DNA from: Hydrolagus colliei
Lineage: Eukaryota
NCBI GenBank assembly: GCA_035084275.1
Contig: CM068744.1
Coordinates: 50,902,001-50,966,000, forward strand
DNA: 64,000 nt
Direction: 5' to 3'
Shown here piece by piece: positions 13,860 to 23,606 of the stretch. The notes under the pieces are model-generated. The model was not told the origin of the DNA, did no database searches, and worked only from the letters and a program-made list of their open reading frames with translations. Positions within the stretch are counted from its first letter, which is position 1; every line of letters begins with the position of its first letter. The position numbers and the translations under genes are program-made.

Positions 13860-14800
13860 CACGCACCCCTTACTCCCACCTGTACATTTCGAATCCCTTC
13901 TCCCTCCAGTGTATAACTTGTTTCCCCTTAAATGCAGTTGTACTATCTTCTATTGCTTCACCACTGCTTCAAGAGGTGAGTTCCACATTCTCACTACCGT
14001 CTGCGTGAAGTAATTCTTACTAAATTCTCTTAGATCGCCTAGTCACTATCTTATACTTGGGGCCCCTGGTTATGGACACCAACAAGTGGGATCTATTTAT
14101 CAAACATTTTTAAAATGTTGAACATTTCTATTAGGTCCTCCCTTAAATGTTCTTCTGTAGTATAAAAGGGCTTTCCCTTTCTGGTAACCTGTTAACCCTG
14201 GTGTCATCTTGTTGACCCATGACTCTATTTTGTTCACTGCTTTAATCTTCTTGTAGTGAGGTAACAGAATTGGACACAGTATTCCAAACTTAGTCTGACA
14301 GGGTTCTATACAAATTCAATATTACCAGTGTTATTCTGTGGATCTAAAACCTAAGACCACATTGCCCTTTCCTTTATTGCCCCATCTACCTGTATTGCTA
14401 CTTGGTGGATCTGAATCCCCAGGTTTCTTTGCTTCTCTTCCCCTCTAATTCTTTATTTTTTCTCCTGAGGTGAATTACCTTGGTTTCTCCTATGCTAAAT
14501 TTATTTGGTATCTGTTCTGCCATTCTGCTACTCTGTCTTTCTGCTAATCTGTCTTCCTGCATTTCTCTTCGCTATTTACCATGCCCATCCACTTTTGAAA
14601 ATTTTGGCATCACATCTCCTATATCTGAATCCATATCAATGATATACTGAACGAATATATAATACAGATCCCTATGGAACATCACAAACTACCTCTTTCC
14701 ATTCTGAGAAGATGTCCTTAACTCCTATCCTTTGTTTTCAGTTTTCTAAATATTATTTAATCTATTCTGCGACGTTTCCATGACCTCATGCCCTGATTTT
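13860..14800 (-). mobile_element. Old CR1 LINE remnant
   Basis: Degenerate matches to the CR1 at 27942 (ttccacattctcactaccgtctgcgtgaag; cagaattggacacagtattcca; cagatccctatggaac). Confidence 0.6.
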
Positions 14801-16174
14801 GGTTTTAAAAATTTATGTTAATCCGAATTCTTGGGGGAAGAGGGGCACAATTACTCTCACCTTTAAATGGGAATAGATTTCGTTAATACAATAGGTTCAC
14901 ATTGTTAGTTCCACTTCATTCAATAACATTGCAAAATGTTTCACATTGATAGTTTTCCACAGAAGGGATTACTATGAACCTTTTTCCAATGAAACATCAC
15001 TAAATAACAGTACTTAGAAATATCATTCTTCATATGTTTGACAGTCTTAACTGAAATTCTCGAGGAGTGTTTTAAGAGATATTGCATCTTACACTACTCT
15101 GCTTCCTGTAAACTTAATTAGCACCGTTTTATTTCCTATTGTTGTCATCCTTTACATTAGTGCTGCTTCTTTTAATCAGAATTTCTATTTTAGATGGTAC
15201 TGAAACTGTTTTTCAGCTTGTGTAAAATTCAGGCATTATTTTCTATGATTTAAATTTTACTGCTAATTTGAAACAGTTTAAAATGTTGTCAAGTACTTGT
15301 GCTTCAATGTGTGACAACCCCAAGATAATCTCATCTGGAACATGTCATGAATTCTATATTCCCACTGATTATAAATTGAAATTCTTTTTAGTTCTACTTC
15401 GGGTTTCATGAGTAATAGGAATCGAAAGAGCAAAAGTTGGTTAAAAAGCTGAGAAAATCCATCATGATTGAAACTGCAGCTTCTTTCCATTTGGAAGGAA
15501 CTCATTTTCAATTCCAATCCTTCTGGAATTGGAGACGATTGAGAGATTTAGCCACTGAGGAATCTTCCCGGAACCTCTGTATTCTGTCTGTAAAAGGCCA
15601 TCATCTTTGCAGATATCTTCATACCAAGATTGAGCTTTTAGATGTTTGCAATGAGACAGTCACAGCAGTAGACAGCTTGCGGTTACTGAAGAACGTAGCT
15701 CAAAATATTTCACCCACTGTCATTAATCTATGTTCCTATCCTGGTTAATAACACCAGATTTAGAAGATAAAATGGTACAGAAAGGGAAAGAGTACAAGAA
15801 AAAGCATTGAAGATTCTTGTGTTTTATTCAGTACTGGCATAAGATTATGCAAAGCGTTAATGCTATTTGACAAGTTATTAAAGAGCAAGAAGAGTCCCAA
15901 GCAAACACCTACCATTCATGTTTGTAGAAAGGTGATGGCCTATCATCCTTCAGCTACACTCCCAAATATATCCTAAAGGAATTTGTTCACTGAAGCATCA
16001 GATGTTCAGACTTCTGTCTATCCTCTATCTTTGTCAGATCTCATTCCAGCAATTTGTTTTGATTTTTGTCCTTTTAAAGTTGTTTGCAACTATAAGATGA
16101 GGTATGATTCTTTGAGTCATTGTTAACAGGTGGGTACTTACTCCAGGGGTTTAGGTTGTTGAAACCAGTTTTTA

Positions 16175-16376
16175 AAACAAAAACAGAACTTGCTGGGAAC
16201 ACGCAGCTGGTCAGGCAGCATCTATGGAGAACCCACTTCTGACGAACGGACGTGAACCCGAAACGTCGACTCACTTTCCTTTCTCCATAGATGCTGCCTG
16301 ACCTGCTGAGTGTTCCCAGCAAGTTCTGTTTTTGTTTGAGATTTCCAGCATCTGCAGTATTTTGCATTTTGTTTAC
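16175..16376 (+). mobile_element. Penelope-like (PLE) terminal-repeat-derived hairpin element with hammerhead-like core
   Basis: Inverted arms at 16175-16231 and 16281-16337. The loop contains ctgacga...gaaac-gtcgac-tc. A perfect 10-bp direct repeat ccagttttta flanks it (16165-16174, 16377-16386). Confidence 0.7.
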
Positions 16377-18019
16377 CCAGTTTTTATCCTTGTAGATTGA
16401 GTGCTATTTCTTCCTTGTAATGTCTCAATTAGTGGGGTTAAAAGGAACTAACAAGTTGTCTTAACAGACTTTACAGCATAAAAGTGTTGTATACAGGACT
16501 TAATAAAGACTGCTGCAACTGGCCAAGGACATCACATGTAATGTTGATCATTTTAAATAATTGCATGTTAAATGCCAAGATGTCATTCACAACCACCATA
16601 CTGATATACTCAATTTTGTCTGTATTACATTTATACTGATTAGATTCTGTTTGGCACCAAACTGGATCACAGAACAAATATGATTTTATATTAAAACACT
16701 ATAATAGTAGGGTCCTTGATCATTCCCATTAATTACACTTGTTATTTGGGCAATTCTGTACAAGATATTACATTTTTAAAATTGGGCAGGGAATTATCTC
16801 TATAAATATCAGATAACTATCATTATTTTACTTCACCAAATCCTTTAGTTTACAGTCTCCAAATGATTTGATAATTTCCATGAAAAGTCTGCGGTTACTT
16901 CAAAAATTTCTGTTTGCATGAATACATTGCAAAGTATTACGTTTGTGTTCTTCCTTCCACCTACAGATTTTAGTGCATATTTATTTAGCTCTGTGATTTT
17001 TAAGTCTCAGAAATTTATTTTTATTTTTGCATTTACATCTCTATTTTTATTTACTTCCTATTTGTTTCTCTCCACAAGTAATCATTTTTGCACAGTGCCA
17101 GTTCTCCAGCTGGAATGTTAATAAGTAGGCTGAAGGGTCTTTTATTGCTACTGATGCCTGTTGTATAAATTAGCCAGCAATGAGCCTGGAAGCCCAAGAT
17201 GATGAAATGGATAGTGATCTTTTGTCGTGTTGGTGATGATCTCTCTTTGTTCTCCATTCTATTTAGCGTATGCCACCTTGTGGCTGCACTTTAATCAGAA
17301 AAAATATTTAATCAGAAAATATATCTCAATGTTATTTTAGGAGCCTTCATCTATATTATCTGACCATACTGATATATAAATTTATGATCTTGAACAATAC
17401 AAAAGTAAAGGGTAAATTTCTATGTGTGTATGTATATGTGACCAAATACAACAATTCTAACTGTTATAAAAGATCCAATATGCTGCCACAGGAACCGGCA
17501 CAGTAAACTTTGTTGAAACAAAAATGAAATGGATAGTGATCTTTCGTATTTGCAGTACTATTAAAAAAATACATCCTGTGCCTGTTTAACATTGAGGATG
17601 AATCTGTATATAAATGAAAAGAACAATTCACTTAAAGTATAAAGAATGAGTCACATATTTTCTTCAGGTTAGATATGCCGCAATAAATGGAAACTATAAG
17701 TAACAGTATTTACTGAAATATTGTCATGAATGAAACCATACAGTTCTTTCCAATCGTCGTGGTTTAATTGAATGTAAATACATTCAGTCATTGACTTATT
17801 GGAAATTTAATGTGGCAATCTGTAGTGTCTTTATCAACCATACCTATCAGTTTATCAGTTGCTTATTGCAATCATGTTTTCCTTCATTTAGTTGCAAATC
17901 TGAAAATTTCATGAAGCATTTTATACTGCTTGGATATATAAGAATATACACAAGAACAGTGATTGTTCTTGTACATACATTGATAAGCTAGTTGGAAAAC
18001 CATCTCAAATTTAAAAAAA

Positions 18020-20405
18020 GTGCAATATTATGATGTTATCTCCCAAAATGTAGCAAACTAAAAAAGATGATAAGCAATTTCAGGGAGATATAGACAGATT
18101 AGTTGATTGGGCAGAGTCATCAGATTAAACTTAATATAAACAAATGTGGGTTACACATTTCAGGAGGAACAATACAGGAGTGAGTATATGTTTGGTGGTA
18201 ACATTTTAAAAGCAGTGGAAGAGCAGAGGCGCTCCTCCGCACCCAGCTCCATTTGTTAGCCCCGCTCATTTCTGACACCATTAACCTTTCCCTCTCCTCA
18301 GGTACCGTCCCTACCTCCCTTAAAACAGCCACCATCACCCCTATCCTGAAGAAACCCTCCCTTGATGCGTCGCAACCATCAAGTTATCGACCCATCTCCA
18401 ACCTCCCGTTTGTATCCAAGGTCCTTGAAAGAGTGGTTGCCTCCCAGCTCCGCTCTTTCCTTTTAACTAATTCACTCTTTGAACCCCTCCAATCAGGTTT
18501 CCGCCCAATTCATAGCACAGAAACTGCCCTGGTTAAGGTCACAAATGACATCCTAACCGCCTGTGACCAGGGCTCCCTCTGCCTCCTCGTCCTCCTTGAC
18601 CTGTCTGCTGCATTCGACACAGTCGATCACACCATCCTCCTTCAACATCTTTCCTCCCACCTCAACCTTCAAGGCACAGTCCTTGACTGGTTCCATTCTT
18701 ATCCGACCCACCGTTTACACTTTGTTTCTTCCAACGGTTTTTCTTCAAACCCCCGCACAGTTTCCCACGGCGTCCCTCAGGGCTCTGTCCTCGGCCCCCT
18801 CCTTTTCACCCTTTACACGCTCCCTCTGGGCGATGTCATCCGCAAACATGGGGTAAATTTCCACATGTATGCGGACGACACCCAGTTGTACCTTTCTGCC
18901 TCATCCCTCAACCCCCAGACCATCGATGTTCTGACAGCATGTCTGTCCGACATCGAGTCCTGGACGAGGGACAACTTTTTGCAATTGAACGTGAGTAAGA
19001 CCGAGGCCCTCCTGATTGGCTCAAGCCAGCGGCTCCGCACATCGGGCGCTGCCAGCCTCAACATCCAAGGCTGTACTCTCCACCTCACAAAGCCAATCAG
19101 GAACCTCGGCATCATGTTCGATCAAAAACTTTCCTTCCTCCCCCACATCCGTGCCTTGACCGGCACCGCTTATTTCCACCTGCGCAACATTGCCAGGCTC
19201 CGCAACTATCTTACCCCCCGCGCTGCCCAAAACACTCGTGCACGCATACATCACCTCAAGGCTGGACTACGGAAACTCTCTCCTCGTCGGCCTACCCAGT
19301 TCCTCCATTCACAGGCTGCAGGTCATCCAAAACTTTGCAGCCCGTGTATTATCCCGCACCCGCCTCTGCGACCATATAACCCCCACCCTCTCCCGTCTCC
19401 ATTGGCTCCCCATTCTCCGGAGGATCGAGTTCAAGATCCTCGTCCTCACCTACAAGGCCTTACACGGCCTTGCCCCGCCCTATTTAACCAATCTACTTTC
19501 CCCCTACAAGCCCACCCGGACCCTCCGTTCAACAGGACTTGGCCTGCTCCAAGCCCCCGCCCGAACCGCCCCACCATCGGAGGCCGGGCCTTCAGTTTCT
19601 CCGCTCCCACCCTATGGAATGCCATCCCTCAATCCCTCCATCTCGTTTCTTCCCTTTCCTCTTTCAAGGCCGGTTTGAAGACTTTCCTCTTCGACCGTGC
19701 CTTTTGTTCCACCCCAAACTTTTCGACCTCCCCTTCGTGTTTCACCCCTTCCCAAACACTCCACTCTCAGCTCGGGTCACACACCTCCTGTGCAGCGCCT
19801 TGGGACGTCCTCCCGACTTGAAAGGCGCTCTATAAATGTAATTTGTTGTTGTTGTTGTTGTAGTGTATATAATTCTTAAAAATGGGAAGACAGGTCGATA
19901 AAGCTGCCAAGAAAGCAAATGCAATCCTAACTTTTATAAATGGGGAATTAAAATATAAAACTAAAGAAGTAATGTTAAACTTATATAAATCATTATACTG
20001 TAACTAGAACGTTGTGTTCTAGTTAGCCACCCCATTTAAGGAAGGATGTCAACAGCGGGTGCAGAGGAGATTTACTTGGATGATACCAGAGATGGTTTGG
20101 TCTACAGGACGTTAGGAGAAATGTTCTCACATACAGTTATTAGGTACGGAATGCCCTGTCAGGACTGGTGGTTGAGACATAATTCATATTAATTTCAAAA
20201 GGGAACGAGATAGATATTTGAGATGACTCGAAGATGTGAAAAGGACTATATCAAATGCAAGAATTAGTATTATGATAACTAAAACAGATTAAACTACAAG
20301 GTTATGGGGAAAAGAGATGAATGGAGAATTAAATCATTGCTGTTAAAAGACCCAGCATAGAGACAATGGGCCTAATGGTTTTCTGCACTATAAACATCTA
20401 TGGTT
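18020..20405 (+). mobile_element. Old CR1 LINE split by the L2 insertion at 18229-19861
   Basis: cagggagatatagacagattagttgattgggcag (Q.DIDRL..WA) lies before the L2. aatgcaatcctaacttttataaat and cagaggagatttac plus a CR1 3' end lie after it. Confidence 0.7.
18229..19861 (+). mobile_element. L2-clade LINE, 5'-truncated, young; reverse transcriptase domain with two frameshifts
   Basis: [52 protein letters not shown] and HWLPI..RIEFKIL motifs, plus a (TTG)n tail. Confidence 0.95.
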
Positions 20406-20937
20406 GTATGTTTTGAAAGATTATGAAAAATATTTTGAAATGTAATATTTTCATTTTCTCCACGCACTTTGCATGCATTTAAAAATTTTCACGGTCTGAC
20501 TTCACATCAGAGCTCTAATGCATAAGTGGCATTTGCCCACTAAAATACCGTATACAGTCCATTAATTTTATGGTATATTTTGTGAAGCTATGTTGGATTA
20601 CAGTTACAATTATAAAGCTTGTTTTATTTTTGTTACAGACTAGGTTCATAAATGCCCTTGTTTGTGGAGTCCTGTAGCTCAATGGTTAGAGTACTCACTT
20701 TACAAGTGTGAGACCTGTTGTTGTGATATTTCCAACACTGTGTTCAAATCTAGGCAGGGTCGAAACCTTGGGCAAGTTTCCTTTCTTCACATGCCCAATA
20801 ATAATCCCCCACAAAAAAATCTATAATAAATTAGTCACTTCAATCCACGACTGTTTGTGGGACACTGCTGGGCACAATAGGCTACCACTTTTCACCCACA
20901 AAAATACAGTCACTCCACTTTACAGTATACTGTACAA

Positions 20938-21906
20938 TAGGGTCCGGCGATATATCGATATATCGCTAAAACCCGATATAATTTTCATATCGATATGCCG
21001 ATATAGACATTTAAAAAATATCGATATCGAAAAATTCATAGTCCTCAAATACAATATACAGGTATGCAAGGGGTGGGGAAGAGACAGCTGGGGGGGTGGT
21101 GAAGGGGAGAGAGACGGCTGGGGGGAGGGGGAGAGAGACGGCTGGGGGGAGGGGGAGAGAGACGGCTGGGGGGAGGGGGAGAGAGATGGCTGGGGGGAGG
21201 GGGAGAGAGACGGCTGGGGGGAGGGGGAGAGAGACGGCTGGGGGGAGGGGGAGAGAGACGGCTGGGGGGAGGGGGAGAGAGACGGCTGGGGGGAGGGGGA
21301 GAGACGGCTGGGGGGAGGGGGAGAGAGACGGCTGGGGGGAAGGGGAGTGAGAAGGCTCGGGGGAGGGGGAGAGACGGCTGGGGGGAGGGGGAGAGACGGC
21401 TGTGGGGGGGGAGGAGAGGGGGAGAGAGACAGCTGGGGGGGGGTGGAGAGAGACGGCTGGGAGGAGGTGGAGAGAGACGGCTGGGGGGAGGTGGAGAGAG
21501 ACGGCTGGGGGGGTGGTGGGGGAGAGAGATGACGGGGGTGGGGCGTGTGAGAGAGGGACGGCGGGGGGGGGGGGCGGTGGAGAGACGGGGTGGATGTGAT
21601 AATATACAGATAGATGGAGGAGAATGTGAGAGAGGAGAGAGGGAGAGAGACACAGAGACACACAGACAGAAAAACACAGAGATGGAGAGAGTGAGGGACA
21701 CAGAGAGAGAAAGATATTTACCTCCTGAGGAGATAGGCCCCGAATGCGCGCGCACCCGGAACGCGCGCGCACTCCGAACGCGCGCGCACTCCGAATGTGC
21801 GCGCTATGCGCAGTACAAAAAACCCGAAAATATAGATATTTTGGTATATCTCAATATGAGCCCATCGATATATTTAATCGGAAAATTTCCATATCGACAG
21901 ACCCTA
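20938..21906 (+). mobile_element. hAT-type MITE carrying a G-rich minisatellite (copy 1)
   Basis: TIRs tagggtccggcgatat / atatcgacagacccta, subterminal atatcg repeats, and imperfect 8-bp flanks ctgtacaa / ctgtatac. Homologous to 56503-57364. Confidence 0.85.
21075..21530 (+). repeat. 24-bp G-rich minisatellite (gagagagacggctggggggagggg)n
   Basis: Tandem array visible directly; it produces the 8-aa periodic spurious ORFs (GEGERDGW). Confidence 0.95.
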
Positions 21907-22254
21907 CTGTATACTGTGAAGCACTTTGAGACGTCTAGAAGACGTGAAAAATGCTATATCAACTGCAACAATTATTATATAATTATTTTCTCTTGGACAG
22001 CCATTTTACAATTTGCCGAAGTTTCAAATGAGGTCAAGAGTCTTCAGTGTAAAGATACTGATGCAATGTCTTGACATTGGATCACCTTCTGCTTTAACTA
22101 TTTTTAAACTCTGTTATTGGCGGGTTTTTCAGTGTCTTTACCTGAACAATGTTCTTGTTGTAAGGCAATGAGTGGCAACTCGCAAACTTTTAAATGTGTG
22201 ATAAGAAGTGACATTGTAAAATAGGGTCGGTCCAACCTTTTGGCTGCATAGGAG

Positions 22255-22700
22255 ACCTCATAGCACTCGACACAATGGGCACCTGAGCAGGGTGTGGAAG
22301 CCAAGGGACATGGGATAGGGAGGGGAAAAGATGATGCAAACATAGTCAAAGAGTTAGGTCTTGATGTGCTTTGAAAGAGGGGAGGGAGAGAGTTGGAGGG
22401 ACTCCAAGAATGGAACTCTATAGCAGAGGCAAAATGGCAATGGTTGGGTAGTTGGAGTGGGGAAACATGAAGCAAGACAGTGTTTGCTGGGTAAAGGGAA
22501 CAGCCGTGTTGGGAAGTCATAGAGGTAGAAGGTGGTGGGGGAATGAAAGACAGAGAGGCTTTTCACTGAGAAGGGCTGCTGTCTGTGAGGAAACTGCATG
22601 GCACGTGGCTCAGTGGCTGACCTCTGCTCCCTTCCGCAGTGGCCAAGGGAAGCTCCAATCATCTGTCCTGGCAATGAACCACAAAACATTGCCCTCACAT
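22255..22700 (-). mobile_element. Degraded LINE (probably L2) internal fragment
   Basis: Purine-rich + strand with the composition of antisense L2 ORF2. I see only weak motif-level similarity. Confidence 0.35.
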
Positions 22701-23505
22701 CCCTATTCTCTCTACCCCTCTTCCCCCTTTCTCTTCCGCTCCTCTCTCAATCCTCCTCTCTCAATCCTTTTCTCTCACCTCTTCCATCTTTTTTTACTCT
22801 CCCCTCCCTTTCCTTCCCACTCCCCCATCCCCTCCATCTCTTTCCCCTCTCCTCCCCCCTCTTGGCACCTGTCACTGCCATGGAAGGATGTTCGCCTGGA
22901 ATGGCCAATGTGGAAGTTGGAATGTTGGAAATGGTCTTGGGCCGGATAAAATCATCGGCCGAGCTGTTTAAGGACCAAACAAAGAGTTGTGTATTAGGCC
23001 AAAATATTGAACTTCAGTAAAGTATTCCTTATTTGGTTTGTTTATTTCTAAGAACGGTCAGTCACCTTCTCTAATGAAGATTTTCATGTTTAAAGTTTTA
23101 ATGTTTAAAAGTAGGTTGCTAATTTGGCCAAATTATTTTAAGAAATGCGTAGCACATACTCAGTCCAAAAGGGGCAGCTGTCCAATGCTATTTTAAGAAA
23201 TGGTTCTGCATTATATTATCACTGTCATTTATTTTCGGTTATATTCTTGTTTTTTATAAAAAGTCTAAAAACCTTTCAAAGATAATATCAACCGTGAAGC
23301 AACTTTTTCCACTGATTACATCACCTTTAAGGATTCAATTGAGTAATCTGAGTTCATAATCATACACCTAACAATAAAATATATATTTTATTCCTTAAAT
23401 TTGGTATTTTAATAGTTTTTATTAAAAGATCTCCGTGAAAGTCTCTAAGTTTGCATAGCCACAAAGTACATATAGCTAAGTCCAATTGTTTTTAACTTCA
23501 AACAG

Positions 23506-23606
23506 AGGTACAAACCTGGTCGATGTGATGATATATTGAAGTGGAAACCGCCAAGTCACAATTCTGTTGACTTTCGTCTGAAAATAACAAAAGTAGGGGG
23601 AGAAGG
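23506..23606 (+). CDS. RNGTT: Internal coding exon of mRNA capping enzyme (RNA guanylyltransferase and 5'-phosphatase)
   Basis: cag|AGG...GAAGG|gtaagt, 101 bp, phase 0 start and phase 2 end. It translates [34 protein letters not shown], matching vertebrate RNGTT ([34 protein letters not shown] as recalled) and containing nucleotidyltransferase motif V (KWKP). Confidence 0.96.

Larger units (their letters stand above)
20664..21979 (+). mobile_element. Full-length tRNA-derived SINE (family A) split by a hAT MITE
   Basis: A box tagctcaatggttagag, B box gttcaaatc, then accttgggcaagtttcc. The body resumes at 21907 with ctgtgaagcactttgagacgtc and an ATT tail. Confidence 0.85.

Noticed and set aside
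17195-17230. gatgaaatggatagt (DEMDS) as the upstream RNGTT exon (HEMDGLIF)
   Set aside because: Only EMD matches; the flanking residues and splice sites do not fit.
20664-20760. tRNA gene
   Set aside because: A/B boxes are present but there is no full cloverleaf, and it continues into a SINE body. The same applies at 32480-32543, 51860-51928 and 61553-61610.
21075-21530. CRISPR-like array
   Set aside because: Head-to-tail tandem repeat without unique spacers, in a eukaryotic context with no cas genes.
20708-22074. Multiple long Pro/Ser- or Gly/Glu/Arg-rich ORFs on both strands
   Set aside because: They are translations of the 24-bp G-rich minisatellite inside a MITE. They are open in nearly all frames because the repeat lacks stop codons.
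22220-22990. hAT-Charlie-like ends around the LINE fragment
   Set aside because: The left end resembles a TIR, but I could not identify a matching right TIR or TSD.
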